A stretch of DNA of 64,000 bases from Octopus vulgaris. Lineage: Eukaryota. Made by a program: the position numbers and the translations under genes. The number at the start of each line of letters is the position of its first letter. Position 1 is the first letter of the stretch. Positions 34,960-49,741 of the stretch are shown piece after piece. Below the pieces are notes generated by a model. That model was not told the DNA's origin and did no database searches. It was given only the letters and a program-made list of their open reading frames with translations. The stretch covers positions 1,054,001 to 1,118,000 of the forward strand of contig OX597832.1 of assembly GCA_951406725.2 (NCBI GenBank), given 5' to 3'.

Positions 34960-36445
34960 AAACTTCTGGAAAGTTTTACAGTTTTTTGAAGTTCCAGTGA
35001 TGGCTTGGATCTGCAGTCTTTGAATTAGCTTTCTCCTTTCTGGTTTTGAGAAGCCTAATTTCTCAAGACTAGTACTTAGGCAGTGTATTACATACCCAGG
35101 GCCCCAATGATTACAGGTATAAACCTGAACTTGTAATCTGGGTAGAGTAGTTGTAGATTCCTCAATAGTTCAGCATAGGTATTTTCTCTTTCAATGATCT
35201 TTATGTTAACATTCACTAGACGGTTGATTTCCACAACTGTACAGTTTCTCTTCTCAACCTCAAATTACTATGTCGGGTCTATTATGTTTACATTTTATTG
35301 AGGTTTTCACTGGGACATTCCACCAGTACTCCATACTGTAGGTTCTTACTTCTTTGGCCATGAGGTTATCCTTCTGATGGATCTCATTATACAGTGTCCT
35401 AGCTACAACATCATGTCTCATTGGCAGATAATACCATAATGACATTTTCAGACAACTGCTTATGATGTGGGTAATATCTTCAGTGTTAACTCCACAAAGT
35501 CTGCATCAGTTATCAGATTTTGCTGCTTTTCCTGCGTCTCTGTTCCTTTTGTACATTAGATATTTGGTTGATATTTCTTATTCCTGGATTGCAAACGCAT
35601 ACCCTCCAAAGAGGGAGTTAGTAATCTGGTTGTTAGTCCATGATAGACTGCTTTAATGATCAATGTTACTATTATCCCGTAGCTTTCTACTAACATATCC
35701 ATGCATGGTCTTCTGCAGATATACCCTTATCCTTTCATCTGATATGTTGCGGTAGAGTTGTGTGACTTCTTTGGGTATGTATTTAAGGTTATCAGACAAG
35801 GAATGCTGCTTTCCAAGTCTCATGTATGCAGACTTGGTCAAGAGGTGCACTTCGATACTTTGTGGTTGAAAGATGTTGCCGAAGGGATATGATACGACAT
35901 TCAAAGACAGTTTGGATTGATGTTAAGCCTCTTCCCCCTTGTTTTCGTTTTAGGTAGAGGCGGTCTACGTCACTGATGATGTGGAAATTATGTGTGTTAG
36001 TATCTTCCGGGTTTTCACATCAATGGCTCGGATCTCATCAAGCGTCCAATCAAGTAACCCAAATGTTGGTATGAAGTACTGGCACAGCAAACACATTGTG
36101 GGCCACAGTTTTATTGAATGTTGAGAGTTCCGAGGTCCATATTTTCTTTATTCGGCTATAATATTCTTTAGTGACATGCGTTTTGTAACAAGTGTCATCG
36201 TAAGGTATGTTTTCATCTACCCCAAGGTACCTGTAACATTCCTCGTCAGATACAGAGGAAACGGGTTATTGATGGAGATGTCAAGTTTCTTTTATAGTTT
36301 TCCCTCTTTTCACAGCCATATAACAATATTAATCCTGACCAAACTCCAACCCTATATTCTTTGAGAATGTTGTAACCAGGTCAAGGCTCTTTTTCATCTC
36401 ATGCATATAGTTTCGAGTCATCCACAATGAAAGCGTGAGTAGTGT
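34960..36445 (-). mobile_element. R4/Dong-like non-LTR retrotransposon 3' half (RT end, CCHC, restriction-like endonuclease), decayed
   Basis: THAFIVDDSKLYA (YxDD region), then CRLCGVNTEDITHIISSC, YYLPMRHDVVARTLY, WWNVPVKTSIKCKHNRPDIVI and FIPVIIGALG. Confidence 0.8.
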
Positions 36446-37813
36446 AGTGTAATAAATGTATGTATGTATATATGTATGCATGCATGCGTGTATGCATGTA
36501 CATACGTAAGCATGTGGTGGGGACAGAGAAAGAAAGAGTGAAGTCTATGAAAGTGAAGCTCAATGAAGGAAAGCAAAACATTATTCGAGCTCACGAATTA
36601 TCTCCCCTCTGTCAGTAAAATCAGACGCATCTCTTTGCTTGTTATTGCGCCACTACACCAAATTTTAAAAAATAACTTTTCTTAAAAAAATAACTTTTTG
36701 AATATGTATATATTAATAGGAAATAAGTATAATAAAAACGCTGAATAATGAATGGCATCATTAAAATAAAACGACTGAATGATGAATGGATATGTTAGCA
36801 TGATAGTCCATTAGACAAATAAGCTACACGATTTGATTATTGAAATAGGTATACGGTAAACGCAAAGTAATATTCACGCAACACATGGAACTTTGGTGAG
36901 CATAAAATGCAAAGCAACTATTTTCTGAAATGATTAAGTTAATAGAATTAGAATTAATCTTATCTTAGTTGTTAGAAGATACTAGATTTTTCTAAAATAA
37001 ACGGTAAAGCTGAATTTCCTTGGGCGTTGACAATCGAAAACTGTTGCTGATAAAAAATACTATATAGTGCCAGTTCGACAACATCAAGTTTAGTTTATAA
37101 TAATACATTCTTGATAGTTGATAGATTGGTATTATCTATCTCTTGGTATAAATTTATAATAAATATCCTTGTAAACTTGTGTGATAGCACCCTAGAAGAG
37201 GGGACTATTTTTTGAAGCGGTTGTTTACTACGTTAATCGTTGGCGAAAAGAAGCAGGTTAGGTTGGTGAGTGTCGAAGAACACAAGATGATTCGTAGGTC
37301 ACCATGAAAAAGGAATGTTTCATCCAGCGACAATTGATTCACTCTTGGCAAACATAATAGATTTTTCTCCTTGTTTAGAATATTCAAGTGTCGGCAAATA
37401 TTGACATTGTAACCGACGAATTCCTTTTAAAAGCGTAAACCACGAAAAGGAAACAAGACAGCACTATATCTCACTCGAACACAAACACATTTTATCCTTT
37501 ATCTGGAATTATATTACATATTCCTAAAAATTGCCAACTCTTTTTCTCAATAGGCATTCTTTGAATGGAAAAAAACATTTTTCATCAAGTCTTTTTGCAT
37601 GACTTGAGTATTTAAACATATACACATCCATAAAAAATATTACACCTTTAATGTATGTATATACATGTATAACAAATAGACATAATACATTTCTTTCTTA
37701 AACATATTAAAGGTGATCGCGACTTGGTTCAATTTTTATACTCTCTGCAGCCTTATTTTGCTGATAATTTCATTAAATATCTGTTTTGACTTGCAACTTT
37801 AAGGACATTCGCG

Positions 37814-37873
37814 ATGAGTGGCGGTTTAAGAACCCATAAGAGAGACACGAAGATGCGCATTAGGGCCTTTCCT
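37814..37873 (+). CDS. CUL3: Cullin-3, coding exon 1
   Basis: Translates to MSGGLRTHKRDTKMRIRAFP followed by a GTAAGT donor. Matches the CUL3 N-terminus (..KDTKMRIRAFP) with a phase-0 intron. Too short for the ORF track. Confidence 0.93.
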
Positions 37874-40800
37874 GTAAGTATTGCACTATTCTTGATTTTG
37901 TAAAATTACATGTTGAATTATCATAAATGCAATCAAGTTATGTTTTTGTTGTAATCAGTATAATTTTCATGAGACTGTATTTTCTAATGTAGCAGTACAT
38001 GCATAAAATAGAAAAATATTCAAAATGGCGGGTTAAAGTAAGTCTTGGAAAGACTTCTGTAACCATAGCAGTCTGCACTTTTATATTCATTTATTCATTG
38101 AAAGACTTTTATTTGCTCTACAAAATTCGCCTTTTAAAAAATAGAAGTACTTACCCGTGTTAAAGATTCTTAGATCTAACTAAATTTAAATTGTGCCACT
38201 ACGAATTGTCTTGTATACTATCATATTTACAAGCAGAGTTAATCACAATTGAGCCTGTTTTTATTGACATCAACTGAGAAATTAAATGATTTTTGAAATT
38301 TGTTATGGAATAATTTTCTAATTTCATTGACAGTTTCTTTTATATATACATATATTATAAAAGTTACGAAATGAAACTGATACATATGTAGAAAAACATT
38401 TAATAAAATTGAAGATAATGTCCTTGTATATATTTCATTATCATCGAACAAATTTTATAAATTTATTGGTAATATAACTTAATAATAAAGTATGTTTTCC
38501 TCAACTTGTCAGTGTCCTGCTATCTCTCACCCTTATATGAAATAGATACGCATACACACAGACCTACATATATTTTATTATTCCTTACCATACATTGCGG
38601 CGCACCTGTTTATTTATTTAGTTTTTTTTAATAAAATAGTTACGTGACAAAACATCGAAAATATTTCTTTTTGCCACATATTTAAATATTTTTCTGGAAT
38701 GAGTAATTATATGCATGTTTCTATAACAATTTTACTTGTATTTTTTAAATTCTTATGGAACTATCATTACAATTACTAGTTTTTGCTCCTGCGATTTCAA
38801 ATTTTGTTTAGGTTGATAAAACAATTATCGGTTAATTCAATTAATATGGACAATCTCTTACTGGTTTTGTACAGTGAAATCATTTCAAGTACAGTAAGTT
38901 TCGATTTGAAAAAAAAAAAGTCTTGTTGCTGTATTGAAAATGTCTGAAATTTGTAATATTTACAAAGAATGTTTTGCTCGTGTTTCTTGTATATGTATTT
39001 TGCAGATTTAGTGAACTGTTAAATTTAAAGAATCTCATATTGAATGAAGAACATTTCTTATAAATTGTAAATAATTAATATACACGTTGATTAATCCTTT
39101 TGTTAATATTGTTTTATTCGTTTTCATTGTGTAACTTTGGAGGCTTTTTTCTTTTTCGTATACAATAGGTAGTTTAAAAATCGATTTTTTGTTTATGTCT
39201 CAACTTCACCATATAAAGTCTTGAGGCTACTACTGCTGCAGTGAATAAGTAGCAGCCAACGTTTTGAGAGAACCAGGCTCAATTTTCATTTATCTGTTGG
39301 ATCAAATTCCCTCCTTGTTTGAGATCATTGGTAATAGAATGTCATTAAGTATTAGAATGTAAGAAATTTGTAATTGCAATACATTCAAAATATTTGTGTT
39401 TATTTTTTAAAAATTTTAAATTGCGGCCTTTTTTCTTTTAAATACCACACAAAGATGATGATGTTAGTCCTGGTAAATATGTTTTCAATAGGTTTATATA
39501 GATTTACAAATTCAATGTTTACATACTTTATGACTTGAAAAACAAAATGTCATTTGCTGACATGAATCAGCCATGTCAACCATTTATTACATAGGTAAAT
39601 ACTTCAAGGATAAACTGCATATAGCATCTTACTAACTGTTCATGTATGACGTTCAGGTCCCCACTTTTCGTATCGTTTATTAGTATTACCACTATACTGA
39701 TCCTTCTGGTATTACAACGGAAAGGCTCTTAAAATACTTTAGCAATTTAACTGTAGTTGGCCGATCTGCCTAGAAAAATGAATTGCTGTAAATAGAAACC
39801 CAGCTAAATTGTATAGCAGACCCGCCCGCGTAACTCATGCTAGCACGAAAAGCGTGTTGCAAGATAATGGTGATGATAGTGGTCGAAAACAATTAAGTTA
39901 TACTTGATTTTGTTTGAGTCTTGCGTCTTAGCTCATCTGTACTTTTGCTCAATTTACAATAAATAAAATTGTATCTTTATCAGATTTTAATCAAAAAACA
40001 TTTTAGGCTATCGGATTTGTTGAACTTAGGGATTTCGATTGGTTAACAATTGGGCTCTTTTGTTGACAACAATAAAAAAAAAAAAACTAACCTATAAATT
40101 TTTATATAACAGTATGTTTTGGGTTAAATTATTTTTTCAAAATTATAGTCTTTTCATCTATAATTTAATAGAATTTTTGAAAAAGATATTACAAGTGTAG
40201 ATTTTTTTAAGAGCTTAAATTTTGTTTTAATATGGCAGTTTCTTTAAGTATTTAATTTATTAAGCGAATTAAGATAAGTTTTTGTGAAATATATTTCTGA
40301 TATTTTAAAGAAATATTAGCTTAAAAAGTTTGAAAATTGAATGAAAAAGGCTTAAGGCAGTCATAGTCAAATCTACATTATTATTGGCAGCAAGAATTTC
40401 TGAAGATTAACATCAGGCAAAGGACCCTCTGCACTATAAAGGATTAGGTAAGAATAACTACATATGTGATGTAATCAATGGGTCCACATGATGTGCAGTG
40501 TGACTCATATATCAAGAAATATTTTAGTAAAGTAGAATATTCCTCAGCAAAACCAACAACCTAAGTAGCAAAGAATTGTAAAAATCATAATTTTCTGTAA
40601 AAGTAATAGTTTCTGCTACTAACATCATTTAACATGAAGAACTTAATGGTGATATAATGTGAGGGAAGTTTAGGGTGTTAGTGTTTTAGTGGTGAAATGA
40701 TTTTTCTTATTTTTAAATGATGATGAATAGGAAGGAAGAATCTGAAATGGATACTTAAAATTGAGCTTTAGATGTTTAACTTGAAAAACAATCTGAGTGC

Positions 40801-41674
40801 CTGTTATAGAAAAGACTTGATCATTAAAGGTATTCATTCTAGCTCCTTGTATTTGTTCTGGCCTCTTACATTCTGAGTTCATATCACATTATGGTCAACT
40901 TTGCTTTTCATCCTAGTGTCAATAAAGTATCAGTAATATCAGTATAGTTTAAGTGTCAAATGAGAGGCAAGGCATCTGGCTCTTTGCATTCTGGATTCAA
41001 ATCCTGCTGTATTTTATTTAGGTGACACACTTAGTCATCTGGGTCACTCTATTGTAAACATTTAGGCCTGGTTTCCAGTTTGAAGATAGTTTCTTCTTTT
41101 TACCACCAGTATCAAGTTCTGTAATGGGTCTGGATGCTGCCTTTTGTTATGGACTAAGGAATAAAAAAAAAATTGACATTTGCTTTTTTATACCTCACAA
41201 TATCCTACCAAAGTCAACTTTGTCTTTCATCCTTATAGAATTGATTTAAAAAAAAACAGTCCAAGCAATGGACTGGCAAAATTGTCAGAAAGTCAAGCAA
41301 GATGTCTGAACCTTTTGTGTTCTGACAGCATTGTCTACAAGTGACACTATTACCAAGCTGTATCAGCCCAAATCCAATGGCTTTTCCCTTGGATAAAGTG
41401 TTGTTGAGGGGAGACATGCATCGGCAACTGCTGGCCTTCATAAAAAATCTTGCCATGCTTGCACATTTGTACATTGCTTTGTTGGCTTTGTTCAAGTAAG
41501 TTTATTGTACTGATGGTTATATAATCCAAATGGATTATACATGTTTATTTGAATACTGTGAGATGGTAAAGTATAATTTGTCAATTTCCTTCAATTCTTT
41601 GTTCTTGATAATTGGCAGATATAGAGATCAAATCATAGCATAAATTAAATCAAAGACCTTTGGTCTAGTAACTG

Positions 41675-41810
41675 TTGTAATCCCTGATGTAATCTCCAGG
41701 GATACAGGCATCCAGCAACAGGACCTCCGTAATGCCATGATGGACCGTGAAGTCTGGCATAGCATGGTAAATTCCATTGTCTCGACCACGGTCGAACAAT
41801 GATGATGATG
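41675..41810 (+). mobile_element. Severely 5'-truncated RTE/RTEX-type LINE with TSD
   Basis: PDVISRDTGIQQQDLRNAMMDREVWHSMVNSIVSTTVEQ*, then a (TGA)n tail. TSD AGTAACTG at 41667-41674 and 41811-41818. Confidence 0.75.
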
Positions 41811-42619
41811 AGTAACTGCTTAATATTTGAATAAAATGTGATGAGAAGGAACTAACATTGATAAAATAATCAAAGAATAAACAGCATATGAATAGTTCCT
41901 TTGACATATAATCATGAATTATTTAAGTAAAATATATAACTTGCATCAAACATTCTTTTAAAAAAAACATTTATTTCAAAAGTTGGATAACTACCATTTA
42001 TATAGCTTTATCACATTAGCTATTTTCAGCTTTACAGGTCTTGCATAGGTCTTTAAACTGTTTTAACACTTCAACTTTAGGTTACATTGAATTGCCTAAT
42101 TTTTTAGATTTTCTCATCATATAGCTTTTACTGTCACTTCTTTTCACAAAGAGTAACATTATTTTCCTTTTGGCTTAAGCAAAAGTTTTCCAATTCCTTT
42201 CATGTATGAGACATTCTGCTTTCAAAAAGGGAACACATTGCATATGTCTGAAAACAGATCAGTTACAGTTAAAATATTTTTTGATCAGGTTGACTTTGGT
42301 ATAATTATATTGAGAATACATTACTGCCTATTTCATTTATCAGTTTAACTTGATATGAGATCTTTATTAATTCAAGTAAGCAGTAGTCTCATTACAATTT
42401 TTCTTGCTCTTATGTTTGCATATGCAAACACACACATCACATAGAATGTAAGTTGACCTTATTGGGAAAAATGTTTGTTACATTATCATGAGGTGTTTGT
42501 GACCATAGCTTCCAGCCGTTGCATCTTGGAAATCACCAATATTTTTGATGTGGCCTGGTCCTTTGTTTTCAGGATCAGGAAAGGGTTGGTGGGAATATAT
42601 CATCTGTGCTGAAGAGATA

Positions 42620-42785
42620 GTTACTCAACCATCAAATGTTATCAGGATGCCTAAGTTCATTCAGCAGATCCACATGGTTGTTGCTGTCAACCCAAGGGTG
42701 TCAATGAGAGCCTTTGCCAAACAGCTCAATGTAGGAGAGTCCACTATGAAAGGTGCAGTGCACAAGGACATCAAATATATATATG
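42620..42785 (+). mobile_element. Tc1/mariner-family transposase HTH fragment
   Basis: IRMPKFIQQIHMVVAVNPRVSMRAFAKQLNVGESTMKGAVHKDIKY resembles the NP..S.R..A..L.V...T HTH of Tc1/maT transposases. Confidence 0.55.
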
Positions 42786-44619
42786 TGTGTCCAGTTCTTA
42801 TCTGGCAAGATCTAGGAGAACTGTGATCAGTTGACAAGCATCACATCTCTTCCTACTTCTCTTGATTTGAAATCTCTGGACAAGTGTCTCTTTTTATAGA
42901 AAGGGATTGGCCACTGCCTTTTGAATAAACTTTCTGAACAGAAAATTGTAGAAGCCTCACATATATAATCTTTAATGCCATGTTCCATGCTGGAATGGGT
43001 TGGATAGATTGACAGCATCCAGTGAGTCTAAGGACTGCATCATGCTCCAATGTTTAGTTTGGCATGGTTTCTATGGCTGGATGCCCTTCCAAACACCAAC
43101 CACTTCACTGTTTACTAGGTGTTTTTTTTCATACCACATTCATTATTGAAGTCACTGTGCTGCTAGCAGGACTACTGACTGTGAGAAGTGGTGGAGGGAC
43201 AACTTCATGCTAGGGGACAAGAAGATTAAACTATGAGAAAGGGTGAGTCAGATCAGGTTCTTGTAGAGAAACATCTAGTAGGGTCGGGGAAAGAGAGCAA
43301 GAGAAAAGGATCAGCAGAAGCTGCAAGAAATAATAGCTATGAATTCCTTGTGTTAAAGGAGTAATGTGTTCCTAAAAATCTTGGTTAAAGTGAAATCTCG
43401 TAATGCAAAATTAATTTTCCCATAGATTTTCATACTATAGAGTGAGAATGTATTGTGATAGATTTCTTTGAAAAAAAGCAACAAATAATACAACCACTTC
43501 TCTACATGAAAATAGCAATTTCTAAACTTAAACAGTACAATATGTATACACAAAAACATTTGAAGTGAAATACATTAGGGAATAAATAAAATTAATAATA
43601 TTATAATAGGGTATGTTCTTATTACAAAAATGTTGTCTAATGTGTGATGTGTGTTGGAAAATGTGAGTTATTGGGAGGATGAAGGATACTATCTTCTGTC
43701 TTGATAGATGAAGAACATCCCAAATTCTATGTAAATTCTTCTTATAATTTCATATTCTCATCAGTATTAGAAGATTGCCCTTATTCTGACAGCATCAGCT
43801 CCTCATTAAACTTTCTCTATGGGACACTAGCCTATCACATTATCTTCGAACACTATACCATTTGCAAGTACCACAATATCTTTCTGAATTTGATATAGGC
43901 TGGTGGAAAACTTGTAAAGTCAGTGTTACAGTCTGGCTATATATTTTTCCAAGTACCAATACTCAATGTAATTCCTTTATGGTTCCCCTTTGCCCCTCTG
44001 CCTTTCTTGGTTTGTTTCCAGACATCTTGAATGGTACATAAATTCAAGGAAAGTTCTGTTTTGTGTGAGTAAAAAATTGTCTTATTCCAATGGAAATGAG
44101 AAGATAAAAGGGTGAAGGAGTGAGAGTTGGGAGGAAGCATTGTATGATTAAGTTAATTAAAGGGTTACCAGATTCATGGGCACATTGCACCTTACACTTC
44201 TGACTTGTGGCTGACATGATGATACTACTATTGTTGCTGCAGTCTCAAGTTAATCTTCAATGAACTAAGATTTAAATCTTCAACTTTTAAAAAGATAATC
44301 TAATGAGATAATGTAATACTAAGTATTACATTATCTCACATCATGATTATAGTTTTTCAGATTGTTAGCTATAATAATCTCAGATAAAATGCCAGCCTTT
44401 ATTGCTAAGAATAAAGTGTATCTATTAAATTCTTAAGATTCATTTGAGTTTCCATAAGGGCAAAATTACAGACCACCTCTTAAAATTTGTGGTCATATTC
44501 TACAATTTCTGTAAGCACAAAATCCTCTAACTTGATAATCCTAATGTGACAGATGCCTGTGTCCATATGTTGTATAAATACATACATAATACATACATGC
44601 ATACAAATTACAAGTATAA

Positions 44620-45125
44620 ACATGGTTTTGTGATTAAGAAGTTTGCTTCCCAACTGTGTGGTTTCAGATTGGTAACACTGTGGCACCTTCGGTAAACATC
44701 TGCTGTAGTCCTTGGCCAATCAAGGCCTTGTGAGTAAATCTAGTTGATAGAAACTGAAAGAAACCTTTCCTGTATGTGTTTGAGTACATATTTCCCCCAC
44801 CTTCATCTTTGTGTGTTGACTGATTGTAAACAAAGGTCTCTCTGTTCATACAAATAGTATCTACTTGCAATTTATCACAAAAGTATGCCTGGACCTCTTG
44901 ACATGTCTTGACAAATTGTGCAGTCTTTGTAAACAAAAGGTTTGTTTTTTTGTGTCATTTGTTTCCAGTTTTCTGTGCAACAATGTTCAGTAGACTGGGA
45001 GATTGTTACCTTGCTAAGTAAGAGTTGGTGCCTGGAAGAGCATATAGCTGTAGAAACTCTGACTTGATACACTCTTCTGATCCATGCAAGTATTGAAAAG
45101 CTGACATTAAAATGATTATTATGAA
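44620..45125 (+). mobile_element. Decayed tRNA-derived SINE
   Basis: Diverged match to the 48715-49136 head (GTGGCACCTT...GGCCTTGTGAGT...GAAACTGAAAGAA), ending in an RTE-like tail. Confidence 0.55.
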
Positions 45126-46042
45126 GCTGTATTTACTATATACTTTCAGTAAATTTGTGGTCTAGTCTGCTAGAAATGTCACTTAGTTTTTAGTGTATCA
45201 GCTTCTTTTTATATATTCAAGTTTGTGGTTTAAATTTTTTCATTCCTTTGTTTCACAATGAAATGCCTTTCAAAACTATGGTCATAAACCTATGTACTGT
45301 GATGAAAATAAGAATGGTTGTTTCATAATTAACTGACCTACTCTGCAAAAGTCTAAATCAGAAAACATTATTTGGTATGAATGAGGTTGTTTATTCAATA
45401 AAAATGATCATATTGGTTATTTGAAGTGCATTAGTGTGGCCAGATTGTAATATAAAGTATTTGTTTTTCAAGTGAGTGGCACTTACTCTTTAGAATAAAG
45501 AATTGATAGTGTTAAACTGTCTCAAAATCAAGATTAAGGAAGACTGATAGTTACTGTCAAATTGACATGGTTTTGTTAGCATCCAGTTTTTATTTGGTAA
45601 GAAAAATGGATGTAAAATTATGCTATAATATTTGTTTGTAGTGACAGTTGAATAGTTATTTTAGATGATCATCTTTAGGTGCCACATTGAATATTTATGT
45701 ATCTTGTTTTAAAATTAAAATCAAGCTTATATTGCAGTTGATAAAGTTGGATATATATATATATATATTTTTTTTTTTTTATCCACTAGTTGAATTAACT
45801 GCTTGCTAAGAGTAAGATTGGTATTTATTCTTGGGCATTTCTTTTGTAGATATCTCATAAAAAATGTATTGTTTGTAATCATATCTTCAACAAATTCAGG
45901 TTGATGGTATTTGACTGAGAAGAATTTGAACATGTTACATATTTGATTTAAATCAGTCTTCTTGTAACAGTAGCTATGGTATCTAGTTTTATGTGCAACA
46001 TTTCAGTCAAATTTATCAAAAGGAATGGTCTTTAAAGATTAA

Positions 46043-46324
<282 letters not shown>

Positions 46325-46524
46325 TAATACTTTATATAGAATTACATCCACAAGTTTTGATGATTTTTAAGAAGCTAAACAAATTTTTGATTAACAGTAT
46401 TGTTATTTGAAAGGAATTATGATTTTGATTATTCTGAGCCAGTCTCAACCCTAATTTAGCTGAAATTTTATAAGTCCTTCTGTGCCTATAAATATATTAC
46501 AGAATTCTCTCTGCTCAAATCTTT

Positions 46525-46907
46525 TATCTTTTACTTGTTTCAGTCATTACACTGTAGCCATGCTGAAACACTGCCTTGAATTTTTAGTCAAATGAATTGC
46601 CCCCAATACTTTAAAAAAAAATTGGTACTTATCCTATCAGTCTCTTTTGCCAAACTGTTATGGGGACACAAACACACCAACACTGGTTGTCAAGCAGTTG
46701 TTGGGGGTACAAACACACATACACACATATATATATATATATAAGATGAGCTTCTCTCAGTTTCCACCTACCAAAATCCACTCACAAGGCTTAGGCCAGC
46801 CTGAGGCTATAGTAAAAGATACTTGTCCAAAGTGCCATGCAGTGGGATTGAACTTGGAACCATATGGATGGGAAGCAAGCTTCTTACTACAGAGCCATGC
46901 CTGTGCC
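46525..46907 (-). mobile_element. tRNA-derived SINE (decayed copy)
   Basis: Collinear with 48715-49136. Confidence 0.75.
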
Positions 46908-47669
46908 ATCGTGGTGAAATCTTTAAAAAGATTGGCCTGAAAATACAGAAAGTACTACATTATCATTGTTTTACCTTCCACTTTTCTATGTCTACGGATC
47001 AGATGGAATTTATTGCGTTAAATTTTCTATGACTGGACATGCTTCCTGCCACCAACCCTTGCTTGTTTCCAAGTAAGATATTTCCTTATGTCCTATCTCG
47101 TCATAGGGAAATATATTACTTATCAGGTAAAATTTTATTCTCACTATAAAATATGATTTCACTTGAGAGTATGGGAAGGTTAAAAATGGCTAAACTATTT
47201 AATTAAACAACCATATAAGATTTCTTGCTACATTGGAACTAACAATAAAAATTGAAAACATCCTTTGATTTCATCTACCATACCCTTATTCATCTACATG
47301 TATTTTTTGGATGTGTGTCAATAATTAGTATTGTTTACTGGAAATTGTGTAGTTTTATGTATTCTCTTTTTTCTTTTACTTTGTGGATACTCTGTTACTA
47401 TAATGACCTTTATACCTCAAACTTCCTGGGCTCACACCACATCCGCTCAGGCATCCCTGACCCACTTGTCTCTCATTCTCTTACCTCTTTTTTGTGTAAT
47501 TCCCTCTTTGCTCATGTGCTCCTCATAGGTGTTAACTTGCAATGGTTCAGTAAACTGTCTTCTATAGCCTTGGGCCAACCAAAGGCTTGTGAGTGGATTT
47601 GGTACACAGCAACTGAAACAAGCCCATAGTGTATGTGTGTGTATTTATGCATGTTTGTTGAGCCAAACT

Positions 47670-47920
47670 GTAAGCACCGAATTTTATATTTACCTAGTAA
47701 CTTTGCTGAAAATTGCTGAAAATCCATAATTGTTTCATAATTTCCATTCTGAGACTTCTATCTGACAATGTTCCATTATATACTCAGCCCAAGCTCTTGA
47801 AGGGTTCTTCTGTGACTGTTGGAATGCTTTCTTCAGCTATTCGAAATTTCAGTTCTTTCTGCACGCCCTTAACAAATGTCAGACTACATGACTTTGCAAT
47901 AAACCACATCCTTGACCACC
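47670..47920 (-). mobile_element. Non-LTR RT thumb fragment (HERO/NeSL-like)
   Basis: MWFIAKSCSLTFVKGVQKELKFRIAEESIPTVTEEPFKSLG resembles the KSRSL...IPTV...PVKSLG motif. Confidence 0.5.
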
Positions 47921-48172
47921 TCACATATGTAATTACATATATATGTATATTTATGTATATAGCCTGTTGTCTTTGGGGAGTCATTTTCTTTTTGTGCCTT
48001 ATAATTTAACACACTCATGGGTAAAATTTCAAATTATTTCTTATTTTTCTTTTCCTAAAATTTTCGTTGTGTGTTGCAACCTTTCCAATAGTCTTGACTA
48101 TGTCCGTTATTTACATTGGGTTCCTTTTTCTTTGTTGGTGCACATGTATGTGCATGTGCCTATGCATGTATA

Positions 48173-48675
48173 CATCATCATCATCATTTAACGTCCGCTT
48201 TCCATGCTAACATGGGTTGGATGATTTGACAGGTCTAGCAAACCAGATTGCTCCAATCTGATCTGGCAGAGATTCTAAAGCTGGATGCCCTTCGTAACGC
48301 CAACAACTCTGAGAGTGTAGTGGGTGCTTTTACGTGCCACCGGCATGATGGCCAGTCAGGTGGTACTGGCAACAGCCACGCTCAAATGGTGCTTTTTATA
48401 TGCCACCTGCACAGTCCAGCTGCACAGGCAACGACCTCGCTAGAATGTTTTTTCACGTGCCACCAGCACAAGTTCCAGTAACGTAACGCAGGTAAAGATC
48501 AGGCTTGAGTGGTGCTTTTAACATGCCATTGGCACGGAAGCCAGTTTGTTGCTCTGGCAACGATCACGCTCGGATGGTGCTCTTAGAGCTCCAGTAATAC
48601 GGATGCCAGTCATCAAATTTCATTTCGATTTCACTTGCCTCAACAGGTCTTCTCAAGCAGAGTTTAGTGTCCAAT
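48173..48675 (-). mobile_element. RTE LINE 3' UTR fragment
   Basis: (CAT)n-TTAACGTCCGCTTTCCATGC tail and body match 52870-53356. Confidence 0.8.
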
Positions 48676-48714
48676 GAGACAGATATGTAGCTTTATTTTT
48701 ATATATATATTACT

Positions 48715-49136
48715 CTTTACTCTTTTGCTCTTTTACTTGTTTCAGTCATTTGACTGCGGCCATGCTGGAGCACCACCTTTTAGTCGAGCAAATCGACCCC
48801 AGGACTTATTCTTTGTAAGCCTGGTACTTATTCAATCTGTATATTTTGCCGAACCGCTAAGTGACGGGGACATAAACACACCAGCATCGGTTGTCAAACA
48901 ATGCTAGGGTGACAAACACAGCCACACTAACACATACACACACACACATACATAAATGTATATACATATGTACGACGGGCTTCTTTCAATTTAGGTCTAC
49001 CAAATCCACTCAGAAGGCTTTGGTCGGCCCGAGGCTATAGTAGAAGACACTTGCCCAAGGTGCCATGCAGTGGGACTGAATACGGAACCATGTGGTTCGT
49101 AAGCAAGCTACTTACCACACAGCCACTCCTACGCCT
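48715..49136 (-). mobile_element. tRNA-derived SINE, near full length
   Basis: Minus-strand head AGGCGTAGGAGTGGCTGTGTGGTAAG...GGTTCCGTATTCAGTCCC, an internal (CA/TA) tract and a (AGAGTA)-like tail. Confidence 0.85.
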
Positions 49137-49741
49137 GTATATATAAATATATATATATGTATGTATATATGTAAATTCAGTAATTTTGTTGCAGAGAATT
49201 CCTTGCGAATTATATTCAAACTCGCTGCACCTTCCAGAGAAAACACAGATTTTCAAAAAATGGCCAGCTAAGACTTTAACTTTCAACCTGTTTCATTCAT
49301 ATTTTTAAGCGTTTGATTGGTAACCCTAATCTGCTCCCCCTTCGTTTCTCTATTTATCTCTAAACATGGCGTCTTCATGCATTTTTAAATTCCTCCTCTA
49401 CTTTCAGCGCTATCTTCGTTGTTTATTCCATTCCCCTTCAAAATATGCTCCCTCGTATCGTATCGTATTTATTTATTTATTCTCTCTCTGGTTTTCATTT
49501 ATCTAATTATTTTTCCCCTGAAATTCAGTAATTTTGTTGCAGAGAATTCCTTACGAATTATATTCAAACTCGTTGCTTCGATGTTCGCCCGCCCTCCCAC
49601 CCTCTCAACCAATACCGGAAGTTTCTACCCCTGTCTTACTTAACTACCCCCCCACCCCACTCGCACTTCTATGTAGGGTTTATCTGATCATATAGCGCAA
49701 AAACTGTGAAATGTATGCAGGTTGTAGTCTAGTGTTTCCAT

